64,000 bases of DNA from Octopus vulgaris (lineage: Eukaryota), in contig OX597814.1 of NCBI GenBank assembly GCA_951406725.2, forward strand, positions 39,804,001 to 39,868,000, written 5' to 3'. This document shows, one piece after another, positions 25,990-39,879 of this stretch (positions are counted from its first letter, which is position 1; each line of letters begins with the position of its first letter). A program made the position numbers and the translations under genes. The notes under the pieces are model-generated. The model saw only the letters and a list, made by a program, of their open reading frames with translations. It did no database searches and was not told where the DNA came from.

Positions 25990-27170
25990 ATAAAAAAAGA
26001 ACACACAAAAGAAAGTAACTAACAGAGAAAAATCTGCATCAGCAGGATGGTCTCTTGAAAAACAACGAAGGAAAATATTAAAACAACTGAATATTGAAGA
26101 GGAACTTTAAGGAAATGATTTGGCAGACGCTGAAACAACAACGAAATTCTGGGGAGAAATCTAAAGCAAATAAGTGCAACATAATATAAAAGCAGGCTGG
26201 TTACTGAAATTTAAAAAATAGAAGTGGGAATTGGAGTAACACAAGAAAGGTAACTATCACGTATAAGAAATTAAAAGAGATGATTTAGTAAATTTCAAAT
26301 TGGAAATCCCCCATACTGGATTGTATTCCGCGTTTCTGGATCATGAATGTACCAAGTAATTTACTATGTATACAGTTATATACAACCATGTTTTATTAAC
26401 TTCATAAAAAATGGAAGACCAACAATGATAACAAAAGGAAGGGCACTGATTAGCAAAGAAACAGAGATTAAGTTAGAAATTGTAGGCCTATTACTTGCTT
26501 ACTATTACTTTGGAAACTATTAACTGGTCTCATAGCATGTGAGGTATGCAATTTTCTAGAAAAGGAGATATATTGCCAGATGAACAAAAACATATGAAGA
26601 AATCTAGGTGTACTTCTCATCATCTATGCATAGTAAATAGAGTATTAAATGAGGCACGAGTAAGGAAGAATTTAGCTGTTAGATGGATATATTACAAGAA
26701 GGCTTAAAACAATTTTCCACAGAGCTGGTTTGGGAATATCTGAGGACGCTCGAATTCAATGAGAAGATAAACAGTTTTCTTCGAGAATGCAAAGATAGTA
26801 TGTGAAATAGAAACGACATGTGAATGAATCACTAGGCAACGTGTAAATATGCAGGGCATTTTCCAAGGAGATTCGCTCTTTCCATTACTGTTCGTCATAA
26901 TGCTAATCGACTAGGCAAGCAAATTAAGAAGTTCCATACCTGCCTATGAGTTTACAAATTTCAAGAGAATAAATCACCTTCTTCAAAGAGATGATCTGAA
27001 GCTGCATACAAAAATGACACAGACCAAGACTCTTTGTTCCAAACAGTGAAACTATTTAGTTTCGGGTAAATGTATGCACACTACTAAGTATGAAGAGAAG
27101 CTGGAAGATGTGTTACCTTAGTTCACTGGTAGTGACCAGCTGACACGGTAGTACATCTCCAGCGTTAGAA
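25990..27170 (+). mobile_element. Old degenerate R4/Dong RT fragment
   Basis: Frameshifted NWKSP, RPITCLLLLWKLLTGLIA, YKKA, GIFQGDSLFPLLF, NHLL..DDLKL. Confidence 0.8.
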
Positions 27171-27194
27171 GATGTGAAAAGGCAATAAGAATGA

Positions 27195-27232
27195 CGATGA
27201 TGATAATAATAATGATGATGATGATGATGATG

Positions 27233-27326
<94 letters not shown>

Positions 27327-27332
27327 TAATAA
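27195..27332. repeat. (TGA)n/(TAA)n microsatellite
   Basis: Direct reading. Confidence 0.97.
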
Positions 27333-27333
27333 C

Positions 27334-28500
27334 GGAAAATCACGAGAGACGAAAGATTGGATGCTAAAGCTCGTGGAAAATCACGAGAGACGAAAGAAGC
27401 TTCATTCTATCGTAAAGGAAAGCAAACAATTTGCTATTGATCTCGTGCAGGATACCCAAACTGAACAACCCGAGGGAAGTACGGCAACTATTGTTGCAAA
27501 GAAGGTGAAAATGATGGCAATGAAAAAAGCGCACGAGCAATTGGCTGATAGGTGGGAGGAGAAACCTCTGCACGGCAAATATGTGACCCGCAGCAAACAA
27601 GCTGATGTTGACCAGAAGCAAACCCATCAGTGGCTACGGAGCTCAGGGCTAAAAGCAGAGAGCGAAGGTTTCATCCTGGCTGCTCAAGATCAAAGCCTAT
27701 TAACCCGGAACTACCAGGCCAATGTGATGAAAAATGGAGCAGACCCAAAATGCCGATTCTGCAACGACATGATTGAAACAGTGGACCACCTAATCTCTGG
27801 ATGTAAAGTCTTAGCACCAGTGGAGTATAAATTAAGACATGACAGAGTTGGCCAATATCTCCACTGGCTAATAAGTCGGCATTACAATATCAAAACTGCC
27901 GACAAGTGGTATAATCACCACCCTGAGGCTGTAACTGAAGGAGAAAATGTAACCATTCTGTGGGACTTTCCAGTACATACAGACCGAACCATCAAGGCCA
28001 ATAAACCAGATATTGTTGTGAAAGACCAAAACAATAAAGTTTGCTTATTGATCGACATGAGCATCCCCTGTGATCATAATATCTCAGCGAAAGAGTTTGA
28101 CAAGCTCAGAAAATATAAAGACCTACTCATTGAAATTGAGAAAATGTGGCATCTCAAGGCGGTTACAATACCAGTGATCGTAGGAGCACTAGGAATGATC
28201 AAGAAGGGAACCGAACATTATATATGAGAATGATCCCTGGCTTACCATCCCAGCAAGAAGTGCAAAAGATTGTCTTAACTGGTACATCACACGTATTGAG
28301 AAGAGCATTGTCGATGTGAGAACTGTTGCTGCTCATGTATTTTAATTTAACTTAAAAAAAAAAAACAAAAAAAAAATGAACGAACTACTGAGTTTGGTTT
28401 AATGGCCTACCAATGTATACTATGAGTTTCTTTGCCCTAGGAGTCGGGAAGACACTCGGCAAGAAATGGAAGCAAATTTGAAAGAAGAAAAAAAAAATAA
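27334..28500 (+). mobile_element. 5'-truncated R4/Dong-clade non-LTR retrotransposon (CCHC plus RLE), relatively young
   Basis: ORF 27361-28227 has KPLHGKY, AAQDQ, CRFC..ETVDHLISGC, RHDRV, NKPDIV, LIDMSIP, KYKDL and PVIVGALG. Flanked by (TAA)n. Confidence 0.93.
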
Positions 28501-28532
28501 ATAAAAATAATAATAATAATAATAATAATAAT

Positions 28533-31500
28533 ACAGATTACATCGGGGACGTTAAAGAAACAGATTACACCGGGGACGTAAAACATGTGAGAACGATACA
28601 ACATTGCTCCGAAATCTATCCACAAACATCGGAAACAAAGACATCCCATGGAGCTAAAAAATAACTGACAAAGGATTGGACTATATCCGAGTAATTAATA
28701 CTCATTGAAATTTATTACTATTTTCAAAACGAAATGATGTATTTTAACTCGATATCATCTCCACCTCTAACACAAAACATGTAAACATGCTTGATACATT
28801 ACGATCCATCAACACCAGTTCATCTCCGGCCCCAAACACTATGTGCAAAAAAAATACGAATAAATTAAATAATACCGGTATTATTCAACCCAATAATAAC
28901 ATTCGGGAAGTACGTACTGTAAACTTACAACGTAAAATGTACCAAAAACTACACGTGCAAAACAATGTGACAACAGAAATGAACGGACCGGTACCCTACG
29001 AAAATGACGACCGTCAAAATAATGAGCCAGACGTTGTTCCTCATGTCCCGCAAATAAAACCCAAAAGACATAAATGGACACGTGAGGAACACATTTCTAT
29101 CCTACAAACTTACTTTACAGCAGTGCTCTACCCAAACAATGAAAATAAAACACATACATACAAAATATGGAAGAAAAATTACATAAATAAAGACCTGGAT
29201 AAAACAATGAAACCTAAGAAACTAGCAAACATACGGAGATATATTCTCAAAGCAAAACGAATATCAGAAATAGAAATAGAACATTTAAAAAAAAAATACA
29301 TCAGGAAAATTTAGATAGAAGCCACAGAGCAATGCCAAATAATATAAACACTGAAACAGTAAAACACGAAGACAAACGTAACATTTCCAAAAAAAAAAAC
29401 GAAGTAAACAAAAAACAACCAATTCAGACAGTAAGGATACATAATAATACACGACAAACAGCAAGCCAAAACACGACAAACAAACATACAAATAAGAAAG
29501 AAAGCGACACAAATTTAAAACCTGGAAACAAAGACGGGGAGCTTAATGATTATGATACTATAAAAAGTAGAATAATCAAAGTACTGAAAACCACAGAGCT
29601 CAAAATGGAACACCGACCATACCTCCCAAAATTCAAAATAGACAAAACAACAATATCAATTATAAACAACATAAACCTAGCCGTCACGGAACTAATAGCC
29701 ACTGAAACAAAAAGCGATATCACTGAGCTAAATGACTTAGTATACGCAGCAGCCACTGCAGCCACAAAAGAAGCTGGATCTGCACTCAAACCCATCCAAA
29801 CTGGAGTACCACTACCCAAACAAACCCTGTGGATAAATAACATCCAAAACAAAATACAAAAAATGAGAAAAGATATGTCGATTCTCAATGAAATCAGTAG
29901 ACAGTCAACGCTACTGAGCAACAAAAAGAAAACAAAACTACTCCGCAAATACAACATCACAGAAAAAGATTTACCTGAGATAAAAGAAAAGCTGAAGCAA
30001 GATATCCTCGCCAAAGCACAAAGGATCCGCCGGTACGAGAAACGCCAACATCTCTTTGAACAAAACAAACAGTTCAACTCCAACCCAAAAAAGTTCTACC
30101 AAGAAATTGGCAAAAATAAAAGAGAAATCACTGCAGCACCAACAGCAGAAAAAGTGGAAGAATTCTGGAGAGAAATATGGTCGGCGAACGAACAACCAAA
30201 AACAAGAAGTATTAAAACAACAAACTCAGCATCTGAGCAACTTTGGACCCCCATAACAACTGAAGAGTTCACCCAGGCACTGCAAAGACTAAGCAACTGG
30301 AAGGCGACTTGGCATGACAAGATCCCCAACTTCTGGTTGAAATATCTAACAGGAATATACGAAAAGCTGGCTGAACATTTTAACAACATACTGGCAGAGC
30401 CAGAGACAATGCCTGAATGGCTCACGAAGGGGAAAACCATCTTAATTCCCAAATCAAATGAGACGGCAAAACTAGAAAACTGCAGACCTATAATGTACAA
30501 AGCATTTACTGCAGTAATATCGCAAAGATTGAACAAGCACCTGGACGAAAACAACCTGTTTCCAGAAGAGCAGAAAGGATGCCGTAAAGGCTCATATGGC
30601 AATACAGATCAACTAATGATCAATAAAGCCATAACTGAAGACAACCACAGAAAGAAGAAAGGCCTCAATATGGCCTGGATCGACTACAAAAAGGCGTTTG
30701 ATAGCATCCCCCACACATGGATCCTCGAAACACTAGCCATTAACAAAGTAGCACCAACAATTATAAAATACATAGGACATTCTATGACTAAATGACAAAC
30801 AATGCTACAGCTTCAAACAAAATAGGGACTCATGAAAACCAAAGCCTTCCCCATTAGAAGAGGAACATTCCAGGGAGATATGTTCTCTCCACTCCTTTTC
30901 CGTTTGGCACTTTCATTTCTATCGGATATGCTAAACAGAACTGGATGCGGAGATAAATGTTACGGCAAAACGATCAGCCACCTTTTATATATGGATCACC
31001 TAAACGTATACGCTACAAATGACAAACAGCTGGAAACACTACTAAAGAGAGTTCATGGATTTACCAAAGAAATAGATATGAAATTTTGATTAGAGAAATG
31101 CGCCAAAGTAACCCTGAAAAACGGAAAACTAGTTAAGAGTAGCAACATCACACTAGATAGAATCAATGAAATAAAAGAATTAGACCAAAACCAAACTTAC
31201 AAATACTTAGGAATCCATGAACTAGATAAGACACAACACACAAAAATGAAAGAGAAAATAAAAAAAAAGAATATTATAGACGAGTTAGATAAATACTGAA
31301 AACAGAGCTCAATGCTAAAAACAAGATAATAGGTATCAACACTTTAGCCGTCCCAGTTATAAGTTACAGCTACAATATCCTTAACTGGACACTAAATGAA
31401 CTGACCAAAATAGATAGGAAAACAAGAAAAATAATGACAGGATCTAGGATGCATCACCCAAAATCTGACATAGAATGGCTAAATATACAACGTATAGAAG

Positions 31501-32642
31501 GTGGTAGTGGCCTTATACAGCTGGAAAACTACTATAAAATAACCACCATAGGACTGCAAAAATATCTACTTCAGAAAGAAGGAAAACTGATACAAATAGC
31601 AGCAAAACACGACCAAAACATAAAACTGTTCTCAGTATTTAAGGAAGCTGACAAATGCAAACAAGAAATCATACCACCTAACAAATATGAAGAAGAAGAA
31701 GGAGAAGAAGAAACAACAAAAGCTATAAAACAAATGAAATCCAAACTAAAAATAGAACAGCAACGAACCATGATAAAACGATGGCAAAAAAAGCCCCTTC
31801 ATGGCAAATACTGGACTAAACTAAATGCAAAAGGAATAGACAAAGAAAAATCCCAACTATGGTTGACAAGCTCAGGACTCAAAGCAGAGGCAGAAGGATT
31901 TTTAACTGCAGCACAAGACCAAAGCGTCCCCACCAGAAATTATCAAAAACATGTAATGAAAAGAAATATAACAAGTAACTGCAGAATATGTTGAGACCGA
32001 CAAGAAACATTAAATCATATTATCTCTGGCTGCCCAGTCCTGGCTAAGAAGGAATATATTCACAGACACGACAGAGTTGGGACCTATAGACACTGGAAAC
32101 TATGCCAACATTATGGAATAACAACAGAAAAAAGATGGTATAGTCACACACCAGAAAAGGTCACAGAAAACGAGAAAGCAACCATACTCTGGGATATGCC
32201 AATACACACTGATAGAGGAATGAAAGCCAGCAGACCAGATATAGTTGTCAGAGATCATGAAGAAAATATGTTTTCTAATTGAAGTATCAATACCAACGGA
32301 TGACAACGTGTCTCTAAAAGAAATGGAGAAACTTTCAAAGTACAAAGACCTGGAAAGAGAGGTAACCAGAATGTGGAATCAAAATCAGAAACAATTCCTA
32401 TCATAATAGGTGCATTAGGCATGATTAAAAATATTCAGACAAATACATAGCAAAGACACCAGGACTTACAAACACATATAACATACAGAAAATTGCACTA
32501 CTAGACACTGCACACATCCTACGCAGAACACTTTTCATACAATAACCATCAGAGCATCACAACAAATCACAGCACATACCCAAGGCACACAGAGCTGCGC
32601 TCGGTAGTGAAGTGAAAGCACGATATAAAAAATATACTACTG
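28533..32642 (+). mobile_element. Near full-length (~4.1 kb) R4/Dong-clade retrotransposon, inactivated
   Basis: Single ORF broken into 28787-29314, 29332-30795, 30832-31089, 31434-31994 and an RLE tail. Motifs include KWTREE, WIDYKKAFDS, QGDMFSPLLF, LYMDHL (YMDD mutated), CRIC, RHDRV, RPDIV and KYKDL. (TAA)n on both sides. Confidence 0.95.
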
Positions 32643-33005
<363 letters not shown>

Positions 33006-33119
33006 GAACACTTTCCATAATAACCATCAGAGCATCACAACAAATCACAGCACATACCCAAGGCACACAGAGCTGCGCTCGGTAGTAATGAAAGCACGCT
33101 ATAAAAATAAAAATAAAAC

Positions 33120-33120
<1 letters not shown>
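33006..33120 (+). mobile_element. Extremely 5'-truncated copy (3'UTR only) of the 28533-32642 family
   Basis: Near-identical to about 32525-32640, with (TAA)n on both sides. Confidence 0.9.
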
Positions 33121-33185
<65 letters not shown>

Positions 33186-33197
33186 TAATAATAATAA

Positions 33198-33595
33198 TCG
33201 CATATCGCATTTCCAGCAAAACCAGTTCTCAAATAATCAGAGACAGTTTTTTACAGGTTTAGGAGAAAATACAGAAGATAATACACCTCCCGAAGGAGAA
33301 GAAACTCGCCAATTTTGGAATAAGACCTTGAGGCTAGAGATCCGATCTTCATCACACAGAAGCTCCACGACTGGACCATGTAAGCATAACAACAGAAGAT
33401 GTCATTGCACTGATATCGAAACTGCCAAACTGGAAAACGGCAGGACCAGACGGAATTCAAGGCTACTGGCTCAAGTTGTTTACGTCAATACCCAAGAGAA
33501 TTGCGTTGCAATTTGACACTTGCCTACAGAGCGGTGCAATTCCGGAGTTGATGGTAGAGGCAAGAACGACGTCGTTAATGAAAGATGTAAATGTA
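33198..33595 (+). mobile_element. R4/Dong pre-RT fragment, degenerate
   Basis: FQQNQFSNNQRQFF...ETRQFWNK and KLPNWKTAGPDGIQGYWLK. Confidence 0.8.
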
Positions 33596-33597
33596 GG

Positions 33598-33950
33598 ACA
33601 GAAGTGCTGCGACATTGCTGCCAATAATCAATGACCATGTGCTCTCAGGGATTAAGATTGTAACTGATTTTTGGCAGGCATATAATGCTTTGCCAGGTCA
33701 TTGAACAGTGAACCACGGTGCCCATTTAGTCGACCCCCAACGACCCTACGCTCCATACTATCACGGTGGAGAGGTTGGGGAGCCACTTAAAGACGAAATA
33801 TCGCAGCATGCGTGGCACATCACATGTTGGAGTTTAGTTGGCGATGATAAAACAGAAATAATGCTTTTATGAATTTCTTAAAATGCATTATACTGTCTAA
33901 TTTAAACTTCAAAAATATTTTTATAGAGTTCATAAAATGCCTTGCCCCCC
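33598..33950 (+). mobile_element. Merlin (IS1595/ISXO2-like) transposase 3' fragment
   Basis: SAATLLPIINDHVLSGIKIVTDFWQAYNAL..H.TVNH..H.VDP...HTITVERL..HLKTK...RGTS. Confidence 0.8.
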
Positions 33951-34699
33951 CTTTTCTCCAGGCATGTTGCAATAGATCTGCTCTTTAGTGGTTAAAAAAG
34001 AAAAACATGGATTAAAATAACTGATACGGCGTTCAATTTGTCTGTATTCTGCTTGGAAATTTCAGGATTTTACACAGACACATGAATCAGGTAAGAACAA
34101 ATATGTAAGGCTTTTACCTTCAAGTTTAACATGCGATATTGTTGGCATAATTGTGTTCTATCTACATTCCACAACACAAATACATAAAAAATAAAACAGG
34201 TACACAGACACACAGACAGAGAGAGAGAGAGAGAGAGAGAAACACGCATGCACACTCACACACATTGAAACAAGCATGCACACACACACACATACACAAA
34301 CAAAGAAGAACAAGCATGCACACATACACAAACAAGACCGTACACACAAACAGAAGAATAAGCACGCACACGCACACACACACAGAAGAGCAAGTACGCA
34401 CACAAACGAGAACGAGCATGTACGCACAACCCATTAGCTTCTCTTCCTATTTTCTTGTCAACTGTCAGTTGACAAGACAACACGCGAGCACGGAAACTAC
34501 CGAATTCAGTGTTTACATTGAGTCAAAATGAAAGAGTGCCCAAAAGACCATCTTTAGTGAATTTTAAAACTTCACCATCTACAACTTTCTGTGAAATTTC
34601 TCGGATTAGGGAGATTCTGAGAGACCCTGCTGATGGGATACAAAGGATGGTCGGAACTGAAAACAGAGAGGTAGGAGTTGAAAGCAGGGACAAGAGTAG

Positions 34700-35560
34700 A
34701 AAAGAGGAACAGGGGAATGGTGATTGGGCTGTAAAGGATGAGGAACAGAAACGTTATAGATTGAAAGCTGATACTGTGGTGGCTGGATATGTAGGAGAAA
34801 TGAATTACTTGAAATTCAAAGACGACTCACTGATTTCATGAAAGCTGCAGAAGAAAAAGTCCCTATGAATGTGAGAAGAGAATTTAGGAGTATGTTAAAT
34901 AAAGTAACACAAAAGATAAATACTGTCATACAAAACATTCAGACGGAGGACGTAGCACAACAAGTAATCTTCTCCGAGTTATGGGGCTACTTCTTGAGGA
35001 GAAACAAAAAATGTTGGAGCAAAGAACAATGGCGGAAATGACGCATTCAAATGGACATAATGTGGGCAAGGGAATATGTAGGTAAAATTGAGGAATAGAT
35101 AAGACGAAAGTGGAAAAAATGAGAAAAAGACCGACCGAGAAATATTAAAGAAATATAAAATACGAAGAACGGGTTTAATGCAGTAATAGAGCAGTTAAAA
35201 CAGAGTATCATGGCAAAAAGCCACAAGACCAGAAGATTTGTGAACAGAAATAACCAATACCAGGAGAAAAGATTGTTAAAAAATAACCTAAAGCAATTCT
35301 TCCGAACGTTAGAAGGAAACAATGACAAAAAGTTGCTCCTGGTGAATGTCAAGCCAAGGAGTTCTGGAGCGTATTATGAGAAAACAATGTGGAGCATAAA
35401 AGAGGTGTAATGTGGATAAGAATAATCAAGACAGAATTACAAGGAGGAAAGAAATACAGGAATATTGTCATAAGCACAGGTGGTGTGAAAGAACAAGTGG
35501 ATAAAGTGCTTAAGTGGAAAGCCCCGGACCAGATGGGATTCACGGCTTCTGGCTGAATTG
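34700..35560 (+). mobile_element. R4/Dong N-terminal/pre-RT fragment, degenerate
   Basis: LKQSIMAKSHKTRRFVNRNNQYQEKRLLKNNLKQFFRTL, compared with LKQDILAKAQRIRRYEKR at 29990. Also KWKAP..DGIHGFWL. Confidence 0.7.
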
Positions 35561-35694
35561 ATGCCACACGGTGTGAATGTTTGTTTTCTCTTACTTCCTG
35601 CATCAGCGACGCTATTCTTTCTGGTGAAGTTCATATCTTTGACCGAATTAGACACGCTACTAGCTGATGTGGGTGGGGGGAATCATTTATATAT

Positions 35695-36140
35695 CTTTTA
35701 ATCTTGTTTCAGCCATTTGACTGTGGCCATCCTGGAGCACAGCCTTTAGTCCAACAAATAGATCCAAGGACTTATTCTTTGTAAGCCTAGTACTTATTCT
35801 ATCGTTCTCTTTTGCCGTACCGCTAGATAACGGGGACATAAACACACCAGCATAGGTTTCAAGTGATGTTGGGGGGGGACAAATACAGACACACAAACAA
35901 ACATACACACACACGCACACACACACACATACATATATATATATTTATACACATATATATATATATATATATATATATGACAGGCTTCTTTCAGTTTCCG
36001 CCTACCAAATCCACTCACAAGGCTTTGGTCGGCTCGAGGCTATAGTAGAAAACATTTGCCCAAAGTGTCACGCATTGGGACTGAACCCGGAACCACATAG
36101 TTCGTTAGCAAGCTACTTACCACACAGCCACTCCTACGCC
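35695..36140 (-). mobile_element. tRNA-derived SINE (family B) with internal (TA)/(CA) tract
   Basis: Head ggcgtaggagtggctgtgtggtaag...ggttccgggttcagtccc. Probable TSD TATATC. Confidence 0.9.
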
Positions 36141-36683
36141 TATATCGTAGTTGTACTGCTCGTCTCTCCCGTCAAATCTTTAATGTTGTTGTTGTTGCTG
36201 TAGCTGCTGCTCTTGCTACTGCTGCTACTGTTTCTGTTGCTGCTGTTACATTTATTTTGTGGCTGTTTTTCGCAGTGTTATTGGCAGAGGTGATGACAGC
36301 GGTAGCGTCGATGCTGTTATTATTGTTTGTGAATGGATGGTCATCATGTTTTACTTGATTGCTGGTCTAGTAGTCACGCCAGTAGGCGAAACAATGTCAC
36401 TCTCCCTTATTTTGGTGGCAAAACATTCCCCTGTTTCGCCCCCTCTCTCATCGGTAACTGAAAGTCCCTCGAAATTATTTGTTGCTGCCATTGAGCAAAA
36501 TTCTAAATTTTTCCACGTGGAATAAGAAATGGAATAAATTGGATAAGTCCCACAAGAAAATGAGGACATTTATCAGACAAGAAGATGGATTCTTGATTCT
36601 CCATAGCGGTTGAAAGTGCCAATATTTTCCAAAGAAAACTAATACGGAGCCGAGGTCAAGCGTGGCCTCCTCGGCTGACGACC

Positions 36684-36789
<106 letters not shown>

Positions 36790-36806
36790 AACCTCACACA
36801 ATAGGT

Positions 36807-37169
36807 CGACTTTGCCTTTCATCCTTTCGGGGTCGATAAATTAAGTACCAGTTACGCACTGGGGTCGATATAATCGACTTAATCTGTTTGTCTGTCCTTG
36901 TTTGTCCCCTCTGTGTTTAGTCCCCTGTGGGCAATAAAGAAATAATAATAATTATTATTATTATATAATTATTGTTATTATTATAAGAAAGAAAAAAATG
37001 ATGGTGATGATGATGATGAGGAGGATGGTGATGAATACAATAACAGCATAAGCAACAACAACAGCAACAACAACAACAACAACACAAACAACAACAACAA
37101 TAATAATAATAATAATGATGGTACTCGAAAAATAAGCTTTTGAAACTGTGCGAAACGGTAAGTTAGAAC

Positions 37170-37224
<55 letters not shown>

Positions 37225-37349
37225 ATAGTAGTAGTAGTAGTAGTAGTACTAGTAGTAGTAGTAGTAGTAGTAACGATAATAATAATCATAACAACAAAAA
37301 CAATTAAGAAGAGCAAGTATAACAATACAATTTGTGAAATAAAATCATC
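36807..37349 (+). mobile_element. 5'-truncated SINE family C plus ~400 bp compound trinucleotide tail within one TSD
   Basis: 20-bp direct repeat ATAAACCTCACACAATAGGT at 36787-36806 and 37350-37369. Confidence 0.75.
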
Positions 37350-38211
37350 ATAAACCTCACACAATAGGTTCAGTTTAATATTCTTTCGATTTTATAGAAT
37401 ATAGGTAATAAACAAATTCAAAATCGTAGGCATTTTAATGCTTTCCATACGGAAAATTTGACAAAATTATATTTCACAAAAAGGAAATGAATCATGCTGA
37501 GACATATTTGAAATAATTGCAGTTTGCTATCCATTTATACAATTTGCATACAGATGGGAGCTATAATTCGGATTTATATAATCGTGAAATATATATTTAA
37601 ATAATCCATTATCTTGCAGAAAAAGAAAAAGAACAAAATACTTTTCTGAAATGTGGCGTGAATCAAAATCCCCTGGCTCGATGGAAAAATAATATTCACC
37701 TTTTTTTTTAAATCTTCGATTGTGTGGAGATATAATCTTTGAATAATACTCAGTTGCCTGTAACTAAATATAGAATTTGATAACGTATACTATCTAAAAA
37801 TATATGATTTCTATTTGAAAATCCATGCAATTGTTTAATAGATACACGCAAACTATCAGAATTAAGATGAGTATATTTGATTCCTAACTAACAAACATAG
37901 ACCATCCTTAAATATTACAAATTATTGGTTGTAGTAATATTATTTTTCTTAGAAATTTTCAGTTTGTCAGTGAAATTTAAAAAAAAATTCAGATCTGTAT
38001 TTATTAGCATAATTAGATCATCCTCAAGATGAATGCAATATGAGTATTTTTGACAAAGACAAGGATACAAAAGAAAAGAACCGAAGAAAAATATATGAAT
38101 GATATCAAAGGATATCAGAAAGGGTATTGAAGGAATTTGTATAACTGACACTGTGTACTATTACGATCACTACTATAAAAGTATTTTAAAAGTCAAAGTA
38201 GCCTCTCTCAC

Positions 38212-38316
38212 CACACGATGTAATTGATACTAAAGGACATATTGCCAGCTGGTAAAACAATGTCAGAAGCAAGGGACGTCATCTTTATTTCCATGTACCA
38301 TAATTGTTTCCTTCTA
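38212..38316 (-). CDS. Coding exon (105 nt, phase 2-2) of a CatSper-epsilon-like gene
   Basis: Acceptor aatgcag and donor |gtgaga. The only open frame is RRKQLWYMEIKMTSLASDIVLPAGNMSFSINYIV, resembling recalled human CATSPERE RRGTWRIVVPMT...GNQVTFQDCFI. Confidence 0.55.
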
Positions 38317-38844
38317 CTGCATTTGACAATTTAAAAATATATTAGGCACCACTATTAAGCACATTGGACCTCGAAAACAACTTTTAAGCATTGACTCAAA
38401 ATTTATAGATTGGGATGTATATAGAAAAATCACAAATAATGCAGAATTGGCTGTTGTTAAAATTTAAACTCAAATATATTCTATGCTAGATAAATCGCAA
38501 GTAAAACACTTCCAGTCAGTGGGTTGGATAACGGTATCATAGATATTGACGTTTTCAAAATGCGACAGTTATTCACATTGTTACCGATATTATAGACAAT
38601 AGCATGGTATATTAGGACCAGATTACATTCATACATCCCTGTCGGCCTATGGCTTCAAGGAGTAAATTTTAATATGTGATACACTGACAATGATATTCAC
38701 ATTTATTATATTAGATATGGGTGAAAATATATTTCATATGTGTGTGTGTGTATGTATGTATATGTATATATGTACACTGACACACACATGCACATGTATG
38801 AATGTATTAAAAAGCAAGGCATAAAACAAAAATGATAACGTACA

Positions 38845-39870
38845 GTAGTTTGTTCAGTATGCTGGCCACAGGAATTTCTGTCCAGGAAAGTCGCACATCA
38901 TCTCCCACCTTCTCTCACATAGTCTCCTCTCTCTCTTATTATTACTTCCACTGCCACCATCAACACCACTACATTTAATAAAACATCAGCTCTCCTAAAT
39001 TTCTTTGTCTCTCTTGCTCTCCCTGTTTTCTTTTCTGTCTATCTTCCTCTCTCTCTCTCTCTGTCTTCGCCACCGCCGTCACCGTCTTTATGCCTACTAT
39101 TACTCTCATTCTAGCAGGAGGAATTCTCATTGAACAGTAAGCGACTGGGGATCAAAGTGTGACACACCGACACACAGTAATTTGTTTTCGCATTTATTAA
39201 ATTAGATGTTTAATTTTGGGGAGACTGTATTTCAATTAAAGTGTTTTTGTATATGTCTGTGATATATATATATATTTTTTTTTTTCTCTCTGTGTATCTT
39301 TCTGTTGAAGAGCGTAGGCTCGAAACGTTAAAGACTTGTTTTATTTATATTTCCTGAGCGCCATACTAATACAATTGTTTGTTTGTTTTCCAGCTGCCTT
39401 CGTCTTTTGTCTATTTTCATACAGCTTCCCGTTATATATATATATGTATGCATGGATGGATGGATATATGTATGTTTTAAGGAAAGCAACAATTAGAAGT
39501 AACTGTTTCCAATAGTTGTTTCATTATGCTGGTCACAGGAATTACTGTCCAAGGAAGTTGTACTTCATATCCTTCTTTCTCTTTCATACCCACATTTTCT
39601 CTGTCTCTTATTATTACTCCCATTGCCACCGCCATCAAGACTACTTTTAATAAAGCATCATCAACTCTCCCTAAATTTCATTGTCACTCTTTTCTCCCTC
39701 TCTTTGTCGATCTCTCTCTTTCTCACTATTTTCGCCACCTACCTTACAGACTCTATGCTTATTATTACTCTAACCCCAGCAAGAGGAAGTGTAATTGAAT
39801 AGTGACAGAGGGAGTCCAAGGTGTGACGCACTGACACACAGAAAATAGTTTACACATTTATTATATTAGT
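38845..39870. repeat. Two diverged ~360-bp direct repeats (38845-39208, 39520-39870), possibly non-autonomous Helitron 5' parts on the minus strand
   Basis: Alignable by eye. Both, and 38630-38716, end in catttatta(t/a)attag, which reads TCTAATATAATAAATG-like on the minus strand. Confidence 0.55.
39297..39334 (+). ncRNA. Minimal hammerhead-like motif with A6U core variant
   Basis: TCTTT CTGTTGA A GAGC gtag GCTC GAAAC GTT AAAGA, with perfect stems I and II. Lies in a ~160-bp element between (TA)n tracts. Confidence 0.7.
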
Positions 39871-39879
39871 ACTACCCAT

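Noticed and set aside
34066-34090. 25-nt plus-strand micro-exon with good splice sites
   Set aside because: It is on the opposite strand to the supported gene and has no corroboration.
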